A DNA stretch of 64,000 nucleotides from an uncultured bacterium (GCA_943787795.1 CALSNU010000002.1:704001-768000); one strand, 5' to 3'; shown: positions 9,245-19,940, counted from the stretch's first letter. A program made the numbers and translations. Notes: generated from the letters alone by a model not told the origin.

Positions 9245-10432
9245 ATGAACATCCAACGCTCCTCAACGGGGCTCATCGCGGCGCTGGCCGTGGCTGGACT
9301 GACGTCCGCCGCGCTCACGCCCACCGGACCGAACGAGGGCTGGGCTTCATCGAGCATGAAGCACCGCGCCTCCGAGAAGTTCGACTACGTCCTCGGCCAG
9401 GAGAAGTGGCAGTCCCTGGGGGACGAGATCACCCTCTTCGGCCAGGAGTTCCCCGTCGAGATGATCGGCCCCGTGCACTTCGAGATCGACTCGAACGGTG
9501 ACGGCCGGGTCGACCGTGACATCAAGGGTTCCGACGGCTTCGTCGACCTCAAGGGCGAGGACGCCGAGGGCCAGGTCTTCCACTACGGCGTCCGCTTCCG
9601 CAACGACGGCGAGCGCAAGTGGAGCTGGACCGCCTCGGGCGCCATGACCGGCAAGGTCGAGGGGCTCACCATGGCGGTCATCGACGCCAATGCCAACGGG
9701 CGCTACGACGACCTGGGCGTCGACGGCCTCGCCATCGGCAAGGACCGCGGCGCGGGCTACGTCTCCCGCATCGTCAGCATCGACGGCGAGCTCTTCGAAT
9801 TCGAGGTCAACGCCGACGGCACCGAGGTCAAGACCCGGCCCTACACGGGCGAGACGGGCCTCCTCAAGCTCAAGACGATCAAGGGCATCAAGGCCAGCGT
9901 GGTGACGGCCATCGCCCGCCAGGGCAAGGACGTGTCCTTCCAGATCGCCGGCGCCAAGAAGGGCATGGTGGTCCCCGTCGGGGACTACGTCCTCGCGGAC
10001 GCCTTCCTGAAGGGCGGCTCCGAGACGGCGCGGATCCGCATGGGCCGCATGGAGCGGCTGGAGGTGGCCACGGACGGTGAGGTCGAGCTCCAGCTCGGCG
10101 GCCCGCTCGTGGGCGAGGTCCCCACGCCTCGTCTGCAGGACGGCAAGGCGGTGGTCAGCCCCAACGTCCAGGTCTTCGGCTCGCTCGGCGAGGAGTACTA
10201 CGACTTCCAGCCCAAGGGCAAGGTCCCGACCTTCGAGCTCTACGACGCCAACACCGGCAAGCGCCTGCAGAAGGGCAAGTTCCCCTCTGGCTGATGAGGC
10301 TCGGCCCTCCCGGTCACCGTGGGTGTACCGAACCAAACCGACCTTGACGTGATGGTCCTCAGCGAGCGGAAGATGTTCGGCAAGCTGAAGGCGAAACCCC
10401 GCCAACGGAAGGGGCCGCGCTCGCCGCGCTGA
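9245..10432 (+). CDS. Secreted protein; conventional stop at 10294, proposed read-through of TGA-TGA (10292-10297) as two selenocysteines to stop at 10430-10432
   Basis: SD AAGGAG, signal peptide, Ca-binding-like DSNGDG and DANANGRYDD; 44 open GC3-rich codons and a hairpin follow the TGA pair. Confidence refers to the extended form; the 9245-10294 part is solid. Confidence 0.6.
10298..10343 (+). promoter_or_regulatory. Candidate bacterial SECIS element
   Basis: Upper stem CGGT-CACC-(GTG)-GGTG-T-ACCG at 10311-10330, starting 13 nt after the second TGA; outer pairing GG.TCGG with CCGA.CC. Confidence 0.55.
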
Positions 10433-10799
10433 CGGCTCCACCGATCCCCGCCGGGTCGGGGACCCAGGAATCGAGAGAGGCCCCGCCCAGCGACCACTTG
10501 GCGGGGCCTCTCTCGTCGTTCCAATGGACCGGCGGACAAGAGGTCCAAGGGCGCCATTCTGTGCGGCAGCGGGTCCTTGGGTGAATAGGAGGATGGGAGT
10601 AACGGGCGGGGCGCGGCCCAGGGAAGGGCCGCCGACGCCGGGTTGACCTGGGGCTGGAGAGGAAATGCCAAGCCCGCAGAGCTCGGAGTCCCATGATTAC
10701 GCCCGGACGCCGCACAGTCCAACCACGAGGAGTAGCGGGCGCCCGGTGGGGGACATTGGCTTCGAGGTGGGCCTTGGGCCGTGGAGGGACTCGACTCAG

Positions 10800-11350
10800 G
10801 CGAATCCAGTTGTGGCTCGGGGCATGCGGGCGCCAACGCCGGGCGCCGACTCCCGGGGCTCGCCGCTCAGGCTGAGGTCGAGGAGGATCTCCCGCGTCGC
10901 GAGCGGGTCCGAGATCGTGGTGACGCGATGGCGGCCCCCGCGACCCTTGGGGTATCGCAGCACGTCCGCCGCGAAGGTCCGACGGAGGAGCTCGGCCCAG
11001 CTATGCGCCCTGCCCGAGCGCAGGGATCGCCCTCGCCGACGTCCCGGTGCCGCGGGGAACCGCGCGGCACGGCGGCATCGCGCGGTGGCGACGAGAGGGC
11101 GAGAACGCCGAGGCACGCCCACCGGTGCTGCCGCGGGTGGGGGACCAAGGCGACGAGCCGCTAGAGGAAGGCGAGAGGGGGGTCGAAGGCGAAGGCTCGC
11201 GCGCCGTCGCGGCGGACGGCGAGCTGGCCTTGCGCGAGGGCGGGGCAAGCGACATTGCGCCCGGGGCGTTTGAGCCGAAGGCCTTCCTCGGCCTCGAGGT
11301 GGATGGCCGCGTGGAGGGGGTCCCGGCCGAGCTTCCATTGAACTCCTCAG
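10800..11350 (-). mobile_element. Degraded IS91-family-like transposase remnant
   Basis: Minus-strand SWAELLRRTFAADVLRYPKGRGGRHRVTTISDPLATREILLDLSL resembles the C-terminal W..LL.R.F..DVL.CP.CGG region with the Cys lost; boundaries approximate. Confidence 0.55.
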
Positions 11351-11554
11351 GTGGCACGACGTTCGTCTCGGTGGCGCGCAAGCTCACAGCCGGATCGCTG
11401 GCCTCGAAATCCTGCACTCACGCTCGCAATCCGATCTGCTAGTCAGGGCCAGTCATCGGATCGTCGAGTATCGCCTGGGTCCGAATATCAAGCGATGATA
11501 TAGTCTTCAAGACCCTATTTCTGGAGATGCAATCGCACCACAAGAGAGTGAAAA

Positions 11555-12337
11555 GTGAACGAAGATAGACGCTCCATTTCGGACGAGATTCCGGTTAAGC
11601 GGGAGGGGCTCGGGGAGCAATCGGAGGGTGGCGAGCTAAATTCGAACATCCATTCGGCTGACGCTAAAGTATTCATAATTGGACTCAATAAGACCGGTAC
11701 GACCTTCATGGGCGACCTCTTGTCCAACGCCGGTCTTCGAGTCGAGGGCTACAGCGGCGCAATGCTCATGGAGTACCGCCAGAGTGGATTCACGGACCTT
11801 ATCAAGGATCACATACGCCGGTTCGACGCGTTTCAGGATCTCCCTTGGCCCTTCATGTACAAGCATCTGGTGAATGCTTACCCCGATGCGCTCTTCATAC
11901 TCACCACTAGGTCCAGCAAGGAAGTCTGGTACAACTCAATACGCAGGCACAGCCTGACGTTGAACCCGTTCCATAGCGGCACCAAGTGGGCGTATGGTCT
12001 GATGTATCCCAATTGGCATAGGGGGGAATTTGAGGATGCCTATGAACGTCACAACCAAGGGGTGATTGACGCAGTGCCAAGTGAGAGATTACTTCTTGTC
12101 AATATAGATCAAATTGATAAGGGCACTATTACTTCAATGGGGCGGTTTCTTCATCGAGAACTCGCGATGAGTTTAGAGAGGGTCAATGGTGGCGATGAGC
12201 GCCTGGCGCAGACGAACCTGCGCATGGTGCTGCTGAATAGACTGTTCCAGTTACTGCACGCGTTCGAACGACCGGAGTTCGGTCGATCTTCGAACGTGGT
12301 CTACAGGTTGATAAAGGCGATCTCTGGCAAGGGGTGA
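11555..12337 (+). CDS. Sulfotransferase family protein
   Basis: KVFIIGLNKTGTT P-loop, DAFQDLPW, YPDALFILTTR..WYNS, VPSERLL; lower GC; start uncertain. Confidence 0.8.
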   Translation: MNEDRRSISDEIPVKREGLGEQSEGGELNSNIHSADAKVFIIGLNKTGTTFMGDLLSNAGLRVEGYSGAMLMEYRQSGFTDLIKDHIRRFDAFQDLPWPFMYKHLVNAYPDALFILTTRSSKEVWYNSIRRHSLTLNPFHSGTKWAYGLMYPNWHRGEFEDAYERHNQGVIDAVPSERLLLVNIDQIDKGTITSMGRFLHRELAMSLERVNGGDERLAQTNLRMVLLNRLFQLLHAFERPEFGRSSNVVYRLIKAISGKG

Positions 12338-13020
12338 ATTCGATCGCGCGATGGCACTCGCTGCGAGAACTGACTCTCAAGTCTCTCCACGGGTCCGCCC
12401 CCCCCGACCACACATCGGGAGCGTGGCGCGCATGCGGCCTCCAGAGGCCGAACTCAACTGGTGTGAAGGCGGAGTTTCTTGGGCCCTGGCGCGGGCCAAC
12501 TCACTCTTCCCAGGCAACCGGCGTCAACGATCTGGCACCGCGCGCTTTGTATGAACGGTCAGAGAAGTTGTCTCATGTGATGGCCAGGCTCGGCCGAGGG
12601 CAGTCTTGGGGTCGGCCACGAGCGCGGAGCGTCCTCCGCTGGGCTCGTCGCCAGCATCATTTGACCCGCGCTGCGAGCGACAAGCGTGGATCTGGCCTCC
12701 GGTGCGGCCCTCCGCCCCCTTTTTCTAACCTTCGCTTTCTGGTCAGGAGCCCTTGGTTCGCACAGGCACGCGTTGGGGAAGGGCGACGCCCGATCCGTCT
12801 GCGACAGCCCGCCCACGAACTGTGGCGGGCTGGCCCATCGGCTATGCGGCCCGTGATGAGAGCCTGCCGACGCTGTCAAGAAACGGCTGAGGGGGACCGT
12901 CGTCGCTGGAGCTGCTGCTCGCCATGTCTCCCAGCTCAGTTGATCACCGCCCAATCGGGCGGTCTCCTGCTCTTGCTGATGGGCGGCGCAGCCTGGTCGG
13001 GCAGAAGGCGAGGCCAAACC

Positions 13021-13977
13021 TCAGGAGAACAACTCGTTTGTGAAGGCGAAGTAGTCATCCCCCAGGGCGTCGTGGAACTCAGAATACTCTCTCTCCAGGT
13101 CCAAAGAGGTTCCAGGATCAAACCTCGAGATCGCCACGGCTCTCAAGGTCTCGTCACCGGAGTGTTCCAGGGCTTGCCTCCAGAAGTACGACCCGCGATA
13201 ACTATAGGTGTCACTGGTGACATGGGGTTTAGCCACGCTTCCGATGTGGTAGACCGAAGCGGGGTCACCCCGCCCATCTTGGTGACGGGCAACGAACTCA
13301 AAGTGCAAACCGTCCCGTACGCCCAGCAAGAAGATGAGCTTGAGCGTGTCGATATAGTCCTTATGTGGCTCGAACATATTGCTCTCATTTACGCCCATCT
13401 CCGCTAGGGCAGCCTTGGCCTGATCATTGATCTTGTCCCAGCGATACAGCCTTGAGTCGACCTTGTACTTTCGCATGATTCGCTTCATGTTGTTGATCTG
13501 AAAGTAGATGAGGAAGGTCTCTGGGGTAACGATCCCAAGGGAGTCGTTACGGAACATGAAGGTGGCCGCTGCTAGCTGATTTTCCTCTGGAGAAGACATT
13601 TGATGTATCAGTGATCCATCCATGACGAAACAGTCGTAGTCCATGATTCCGAAGTCCAATCGCCAGACCCTCAGTAGCGTATTTAGAACCTGGTGGTGGT
13701 GCAGGGGGACCTGACTGATGAGGAGTGGGTAATCAGGCAGATTCTCACGGATCCACTCGTTCTCTTCATCGCTGAGTCCGTTGGAGACGAGGACGACTCG
13801 GCACTCGCGCTCGATCTTCTTCATCGCCAATTCAGCGATATGGAGGCTCGCTGGCATGAGCACGACGAAGTAGGTCCTCTCGACCTGTGTCAGGGCAGAC
13901 AGTTGCCTCTTCAAGGACCACCGCGCGGGCAAGCGCCGGATCGCGCGGCTGATGAGTTCGAGTCTTCGTGAGGGCAT
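13021..13977 (-). CDS. Hypothetical protein, possibly GT-A fold glycosyltransferase
   Basis: Long lower-GC ORF with VVLVSNG, FGIMDYDCFV (DxD) and VYHIG; start uncertain (13977 or 14010). Confidence 0.55.
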   Translation of the reverse strand: MPSRRLELISRAIRRLPARWSLKRQLSALTQVERTYFVVLMPASLHIAELAMKKIERECRVVLVSNGLSDEENEWIRENLPDYPLLISQVPLHHHQVLNTLLRVWRLDFGIMDYDCFVMDGSLIHQMSSPEENQLAAATFMFRNDSLGIVTPETFLIYFQINNMKRIMRKYKVDSRLYRWDKINDQAKAALAEMGVNESNMFEPHKDYIDTLKLIFLLGVRDGLHFEFVARHQDGRGDPASVYHIGSVAKPHVTSDTYSYRGSYFWRQALEHSGDETLRAVAISRFDPGTSLDLEREYSEFHDALGDDYFAFTNELFS

Positions 13978-14365
13978 GTCTGTTGTCGGGACGCAGGCAG
14001 AGAGTTCCAAGCGTAACTCCTGGCCGAGCCGAGAGTCTCAGGGAGAGGTTCGCTACTCGTCGGGATCATCCTGTTTGGGCTTCCCCTCGCGGCGGGCAAG
14101 AGGCCCAGGTTGCAGTCTTGTAGAGGTGACGAGCGAGCGTGCGGCGAGGGGGTAGGAAAGCGTAGCCGTCACCCCGGGGATCAGGGCACCGGGTCACGCG
14201 CTACCAAACATCACGGATGGATCTGATTCGCCTTGCGCGTGAGCGGTGAAGGAGAGGCTCCCGCTTGTCGATCGCTTCGCGGGGCTTCTATTGATTCCAG
14301 GGCGGATCGTGGCGTGCGATCTAGACTCCAGCGAGTCCCCTCAGTTCCTCCATCGGAACCCCTCC

Positions 14366-16792
14366 ATGCGCACCGCCACGTTCCTCGTCTCCGCCGCCCT
14401 CGCCGCCGCCGTTCCCGCTCCCGCACAGGAGGGCTACCGCCTCCCGCCTCAGGAGGTCGTCGACCTGGTCACGGCGGCCCCCGCGCCGTCGGTCAGCTTC
14501 AGCCCGACGGGCGCCTGGATGCTGATGACCCACCGGGAGGCCCTGCCCTCCATCGAGGACCTCACGCGGCCGATGCTGCGCCTCGCGGGCATGCGCATCG
14601 ACCCCCAGGCCGCCGCGCGCTTCACCACCAGCTTCGGGTCGCGGGTGGTCCTCTCGCCGCTCATGAATGGGGACACCGAGGGGACCCCCGACGCGGAGGT
14701 TCAACTCCCCGCGGGCGCCCGGGTGGCGGGCACCTCGTGGTCGCCGGACGGCGCGCGCTTCGTGGTGACCGTGGTCACTGACGGCGGCAGCGAGCTCTGG
14801 GCGGGCCGCAGCGACGGCGGCGGCGCCACCCGCCTCGTCACCGACCGGCTGCACACCCTGACCGGCGGGCCGAGCTGGGGACGCGAGGGGGACACGGTGC
14901 TCTGCCGCCTCGTGCCGGAGGACCGCGGCGAGGCGCCCGTGGCGTCCACGGTGCCCACCGGGCCCAACGTCCAGCAGACCGACGGGAGCAAGTCGCCCCT
15001 GCGCACCTACCAGGACCTGCTCACCAGCGCCCACGACGCGGACACCTGGGAGTATCACGCCACCAGCGAGTTGGCGCTCGTCGACCTCGACACCTCCGAG
15101 GTGAGGTCCCTGGGCACCGGGGTCTTCTCCAGCGCGAGCCTCTCGCCCGACGAGCTCTGGCTGATGACCGCGCGCGTCCAGCGGCCGTACTCGTACCTGA
15201 TGCCCTCGTACCTGTTCCCCCAGCGGATTGAGGTGGCCCCGGTCGCCGACCTCGATTCGCCCTCGGTCACCTTCGACATTCCGCTTGGCGAGGGCATCCC
15301 CATCGGCGGCGTCCGCACGGGCCCCCGGAGCTTCCAGTGGGCCGCCAGTCGCCCTGCGACGCTCTTCTGGGCGGAAGCTCTCGACGGCGGGGATCCCAAG
15401 GCCGAGGCGGCGCACCGGGACCGCTGGATGGCAATCAGCGCGCCCTTCGCCCGGACCGCCGACGGGACCCTCGCGGCGGAGGAGGTCGTGCGCGTCGAGC
15501 ACCGCGCCCGGGGGCTGATGTTCCTGGAGGACCCCGGCCGCCTGATCACCTCGGAATACGACCGGGACCGACGCTGGACGCGGACCCTGCTCCACCAGCT
15601 GGGCGGAGAGGGGGAGCCGTTGGTGCTCGAGGATCGCAGCTCCCAGGACCGATACGCCGATCCGGGCACCCTCGCCATGGTCGCGGGGCCCTACGGACGC
15701 ATGGTGGTGCGTCAGCACGGGGACGGCGCCCTCCGCACGGGCCGCGGCTCGAGCCCGGACGGGGACCTGCCGTTCCTCAGTCAGCAGGACCTCAGCACCG
15801 GGGCGACCAAGGTCCTCTGGCGCTGTGAACCAGGCGCCTACGAGACGGTGGCTGCGCTCCCATGGGAGCCCGGGATCTTCGGGCGCTTCATTACGCGCCG
15901 TGAGTCGAAGACGGCGCCCCCCAACTACGCGATCCGCACGCCGGGGCTCCCGGGGTTCGACGCCGTCACCGACTTCCCCGACCCGCAGCCGAGCCTGCGC
16001 GGGATCAAGAAGCAGCGGGTCACCTACGACCGCGCCGATGGCGTGCCCCTCTCGGCGACCCTCTACCTGCCGGCGGACCACCAGCCCGGCGAGCGCCTGC
16101 CGCTGCTCGTTTGGGGCTACCCCCGGGAGTTCAACGACGCCAGCACCGCGGGCCAGGTCAGCGGCTCCACGGACCGCTTCACCCGCCTCTCCGGCACCAG
16201 CCACCTCTTCCTGGTGACCCAGGGCTACGCGGTGATGGACGGCGCCACCATGCCGATCATCGGGGACGCGGAGACCATGAACGACACGTTCATCACGCAG
16301 CTCGTCGCGTCGGCCCAGGCCGCCATCGACGCGGCGGCGGAGCTCGGCGTGGCGGACCCCGAGCGGGTCGGGGTCGCGGGCCACAGCTACGGCGCGTTCA
16401 TGACCACCAACCTGCTGGCCCACTGCGATCTGTTCCGCGCCGGCATCGCGCGCAGCGGCGCCTACAACCGGACGCTCACGCCCTTCGGGTTCCAGTCCGA
16501 GCGCCGCACGTTCTGGGAGGCGCCGGAGACGTATTTCGCCGTCTCGCCGTTCATGCACGCCCACAAGATCAACGAGCCGCTGCTCCTCATCCACGGTGAA
16601 GCGGACAACAACTCGGGGACCTTCCCCGTGCAGTCGAAGCGGCTCTATCAGGCGGTCAAGGGGAACGGTGGCACGTCGCGGCTGGTGATGCTCCCGGGAG
16701 AGAGCCACGGGTATCGCGCGCGTGAGTCGGTCCTTCACGTGCTGGCCGAGATGGTCCAGTGGATGGACACCCACGTGAAGGGCGAGGGGTGA
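14366..16792 (+). CDS. S9 family serine peptidase (glutamyl endopeptidase/prolyl oligopeptidase-like), secreted
   Basis: Signal peptide; GHSYGAFMT, GIARSGAYNRTLTPFGFQ, LLIHGEADNNSGT, ESHGY. Confidence 0.92.
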   Translation: MRTATFLVSAALAAAVPAPAQEGYRLPPQEVVDLVTAAPAPSVSFSPTGAWMLMTHREALPSIEDLTRPMLRLAGMRIDPQAAARFTTSFGSRVVLSPLMNGDTEGTPDAEVQLPAGARVAGTSWSPDGARFVVTVVTDGGSELWAGRSDGGGATRLVTDRLHTLTGGPSWGREGDTVLCRLVPEDRGEAPVASTVPTGPNVQQTDGSKSPLRTYQDLLTSAHDADTWEYHATSELALVDLDTSEVRSLGTGVFSSASLSPDELWLMTARVQRPYSYLMPSYLFPQRIEVAPVADLDSPSVTFDIPLGEGIPIGGVRTGPRSFQWAASRPATLFWAEALDGGDPKAEAAHRDRWMAISAPFARTADGTLAAEEVVRVEHRARGLMFLEDPGRLITSEYDRDRRWTRTLLHQLGGEGEPLVLEDRSSQDRYADPGTLAMVAGPYGRMVVRQHGDGALRTGRGSSPDGDLPFLSQQDLSTGATKVLWRCEPGAYETVAALPWEPGIFGRFITRRESKTAPPNYAIRTPGLPGFDAVTDFPDPQPSLRGIKKQRVTYDRADGVPLSATLYLPADHQPGERLPLLVWGYPREFNDASTAGQVSGSTDRFTRLSGTSHLFLVTQGYAVMDGATMPIIGDAETMNDTFITQLVASAQAAIDAAAELGVADPERVGVAGHSYGAFMTTNLLAHCDLFRAGIARSGAYNRTLTPFGFQSERRTFWEAPETYFAVSPFMHAHKINEPLLLIHGEADNNSGTFPVQSKRLYQAVKGNGGTSRLVMLPGESHGYRARESVLHVLAEMVQWMDTHVKGEG

Positions 16793-17168
16793 CCGGGCGA
16801 CCCGCGACCTGGCCTACCGCCGACGCTGTGATCTGGCTCCTTCAGGGCTGACGGGCCAGAAGCTCAGACCGCGGGTCCGGGAAGGCGGGCTCCAGCAAGG
16901 TGCGGGGCGGGCGTTGCTGAGCCTGTTGGAGCGATCGGCTGGGGGTGAGGGATGGTCAGCGGGTCGGCTGTGAGGCGGGCACCGGCTCACAGCTCCCAGG
17001 GGGCAGGGGGCGCGGTTCTTGGCGGGGAGTCCTCCTGCTCCGGCCCCTTGGTTAGGGGTAACCGCTAGGTGTTGGCCTGGGGTGGCTGGCCCAGGACACC
17101 GGGGTAGCTTGAGATTGGGTGCGGGCCGTGGCTCGTTCCGCCTTTCTCTCCCTCCTTTCTCGCCCGCC

Positions 17169-18095
17169 ATGATCTCCACCGTCCTCCTGTTAGCCCTCTC
17201 CGCTAGTCCAGCTCCCCTCTCTGCGAACACCCCTGCTGAGGGCTGCACGCCCGGTTATTGGAAGACCCATCTGGAGCGATGGGATGGTGTTGGCTCGAAC
17301 GACTTCACCCAGTCCGTGGTGGCCAGCCTCTCCTTCAACGGGGTGTTCGGAGTGACCTCCACAGAGTCAGGGCTGGCCGAGACGGCGACCCTCTTCGACG
17401 CGACGTCGCTCATGGGTGGGGGCCTCGAAGCCCTCAACCGTCACGCCGCTGCGGCCGCCGCGAGCGCGGACTCGGTCGACTATTCGATCACCCTTGGCCA
17501 GGTCATCGATACCTATCGGTCGGCCGTGCTTGGCTCCGCCGGCATCGAGTCCACCAAGGCGATGCTCGAGGGCTATAACGAGCTCGGATGCCCGCTCCAT
17601 AACTCTCCGCCGCCCCCCCCGATCACCTTTTGCTTCGCGGACCAGGGCGACTGCCCCTGCGCGAACGAGTCGCTGCTCGGCGGCTGCGGTAACTCCTCTG
17701 GGCTCGGCGCGCTCATCGGCACGGCTGGCTCCTCGAGCGTGGCGGCTGACGACCTCAATCTGATCGCGACCCAGCTCCCCGCCAACGCGACCGTGCTCTT
17801 CCTTGCGGCCAACATGCTCAGCCGCTCGCCCTTCATGGACGGGCTCCTCTGCATCGGCGGGCCGGGCTCCAAGATCTACCGGCTCCCCCCCGCCACCACT
17901 TCTGGAGCGGACGGGAGCGCGACCCTCGGGTCCGGTCTTGTGGCCCTGTCCAACACCAACGCGGTGCCCATCAAGGGCGGGATCATCCCCGGTGATACGT
18001 GGTACTTCCAGACGTTCTTCCGCGACATGGGCGCGGGCGGATGTGGGACGGGCGCGAACACCAGCAACGTCGTGGGTGTGACCTTCACCCCCTGA
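17169..18095 (+). CDS. Secreted protein with conserved Cys-containing C-terminal domain
   Basis: Signal peptide; EGCTPGYWK; Pro linker; FC..CPCAN..GCGNSSG..DGLLCIGG..WYFQTFFRD..NTSN. Confidence 0.75.
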   Translation: MISTVLLLALSASPAPLSANTPAEGCTPGYWKTHLERWDGVGSNDFTQSVVASLSFNGVFGVTSTESGLAETATLFDATSLMGGGLEALNRHAAAAAASADSVDYSITLGQVIDTYRSAVLGSAGIESTKAMLEGYNELGCPLHNSPPPPPITFCFADQGDCPCANESLLGGCGNSSGLGALIGTAGSSSVAADDLNLIATQLPANATVLFLAANMLSRSPFMDGLLCIGGPGSKIYRLPPATTSGADGSATLGSGLVALSNTNAVPIKGGIIPGDTWYFQTFFRDMGAGGCGTGANTSNVVGVTFTP

Positions 18096-18197
18096 TCGGT
18101 CCTCGATCACCCAGAGATTCACGGCGTCGGGGCCGTCGCGCCGGGCGCGGCGGCCCCGACGCCCATTGGTGGGCCCCCCCGCCGCTAGACTCAGGCG

Positions 18198-18875
18198 ATG
18201 CGGAACCCGGCGCCCATTCTCTCCCTCGTCCTCCTCGGCTGCTCGTCGGCTCCCGGCGAGCTCTCCTACCCCCTCGACGCCCCGTCGCCGGAGGGGACCT
18301 TCGACTGGTCGGACCCCGAGGCCTTCGGGTGGAGCGATCGCTTCGGGGGCGGCCTCGCCCTCATGGGGCGCGCGGACTACGCGCCGCCGCACCGCTCGCC
18401 CCTGGCCATCGCGCTGCTGGACGGGGTCGAGTTTCGCAGCTTCGAGCTCGAGGCGGACCTCTTGCAGTCAGGCCGGGAGTACGGCCACCGGGACCTGTGC
18501 CTGTTCCTGGGCTTCGAGGCGCCAGACCGCTTCTACTACGTGCACATGGCCACCACCCCGGATCAGAACGCCCACAACGTGTTCCTGGTGGACGGGGCCC
18601 CGCGGCGGAATTTGATCGCGCCGAGGGAGCGCGGCGTGGAGTGGGGCCAGGAGGAGTGGCACCACGTGAAGCTGGTGCGGGACGTGGACGCGGGAACCAT
18701 CCGGGTCTGGTTCGACGACATGGAGACCCCGGTGCTCGAGGCAGAGGACCGCACCCTCGAGTGGGGCCGGGTCGGCTTCGGGTCCTTCGATGACGAGGGC
18801 ATGATCCGCAACCTCGAGATCCGCAGCGCCCAGTCGCGGCCGGTGGATCCGCAAGGGAGCCCGTTCGGGGGCTGA
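18198..18875 (+). CDS. Lipoprotein, concanavalin A-like beta-sandwich
   Basis: Lipobox LLGC; WHHVKLVRD..GTIRVWFD..GRVGFGSFDD. Confidence 0.7.
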   Translation: MRNPAPILSLVLLGCSSAPGELSYPLDAPSPEGTFDWSDPEAFGWSDRFGGGLALMGRADYAPPHRSPLAIALLDGVEFRSFELEADLLQSGREYGHRDLCLFLGFEAPDRFYYVHMATTPDQNAHNVFLVDGAPRRNLIAPRERGVEWGQEEWHHVKLVRDVDAGTIRVWFDDMETPVLEAEDRTLEWGRVGFGSFDDEGMIRNLEIRSAQSRPVDPQGSPFGG

Positions 18876-18904
18876 CTCACTCGGGGCGCCCGCCCGCGCG
18901 GCCC

Positions 18905-18969
18905 GGTCCAGGGACTCGGTCCAGGGACCCAATCCAGGGAACCAGTCCAGTGACCCTGCCCAGTGGTCA
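18905..18969. repeat. 13-bp degenerate tandem repeat, 5 copies
   Basis: ggtccagggactc/ggtccagggaccc/aatccagggaacc/agtccagtgaccc/tgcccagtggtca between convergent genes. Confidence 0.8.
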
Positions 18970-18989
18970 GGGCCGCGCACACCGGCTCG

Positions 18990-19940
18990 CTACTCGCCGC
19001 CGCGCTCGCTGCTGGGCTCCTGATTCGGCTTCATTCCGGACCACTCGCGCCAGTGCTGGTCGATGGCGGCCTTCTCGCCAGGGCCGTCGTGGAGGAAGAC
19101 CCGATAGCGCAGGCGCAGGGTCTCGCCCTTCGCGAGCGCGTGATCGCCCGTGCCCTTGGGCTTGCGCTCGAAGTGGTGGACGCCGAAGGGGTTGGCGCCC
19201 ACGAGCCCGTAGTCCCGGGCGTGCCACCAGCTGGGATGGCGCAGGTTGTCGGGGTGGTCAAGGACCGCGACGCCGAGGACGCGAGTGTCGCCTTCGTGGG
19301 GGACGGGGCCCCAGTAGTCCACCCAGCGCGCCCGCTTGCCCCAGATGTCCTCGTCGCCCTCGCTGTTCATGGCGGTGCCCGCTGCCACCTCGCCCTTGGG
19401 GCGCAGGGCGGGGTGCAGCCTGAGCGCGAAGGTGCCCTCCTTGGTGTCCCCGAAGGTCACGTCCTCCAGCGCGGTGAGCCGGAGGTCGAGGTCGATGGCG
19501 CGGCCGCCCTCGAGGTCCTGGAACGTCATCGTTCGGGCCTCCTCCAGGAGGCTGACGTCCTCGCCCGTGACCCAGCGGTGCCTCGACGTCACGCGGGCGG
19601 CGCCGTCCTCCTCGACCACCACGACCTCGCCCGCGGGCGCGATCCGCGCGCCGTCCCGGTCGTGCCAGAAGTCGTGGCCGTTCACGTCGCCGTGGGCGAA
19701 CCAGAGCGACGTGTGGTGCGGGTGGTCCGAGGACTCGCCGCTGCGCCCCTCTTCCATGGGGAAGGCGCGGGTGACCTCGACGCCGCCGGGGCCGAGGACG
19801 GGCCAGAGGAAGGGCACGCGGTCTCCCTCGCCGTGGTGGAAGGTGGCGAAGGGCCCCGCCGGGGTGGAGATCTGGACCTCGCCCTCGCCGAGCGCGAGCG
19901 GGAGGGCGAGGAGGGCGGCGAGGGCGTGGGAGGGCTTCAT
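18990..19940 (-). CDS. DUF6807 / 'PmoA family' secreted protein (not methane monooxygenase)
   Basis: DHPHHTSLWFAHGDVNG, FGDTKEG, WGKRARWVDY, WHARDYGL.GANPFG. Confidence 0.85.
   Translation of the reverse strand: MKPSHALAALLALPLALGEGEVQISTPAGPFATFHHGEGDRVPFLWPVLGPGGVEVTRAFPMEEGRSGESSDHPHHTSLWFAHGDVNGHDFWHDRDGARIAPAGEVVVVEEDGAARVTSRHRWVTGEDVSLLEEARTMTFQDLEGGRAIDLDLRLTALEDVTFGDTKEGTFALRLHPALRPKGEVAAGTAMNSEGDEDIWGKRARWVDYWGPVPHEGDTRVLGVAVLDHPDNLRHPSWWHARDYGLVGANPFGVHHFERKPKGTGDHALAKGETLRLRYRVFLHDGPGEKAAIDQHWREWSGMKPNQEPSSERGGE

Noticed and set aside
12720..12780. TCTAAC...GTTGGG as an integron attC site
   Set aside because: The interior is not palindromic, there is no array and no integrase
18905..18969. 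CRISPR array
   Set aside because: Units are 13 bp with no spacers; no cas genes
18990..19940. Methane monooxygenase subunit PmoA
   Set aside because: Soluble secreted DUF6807-type protein; no TM helices and no pmoB/pmoC
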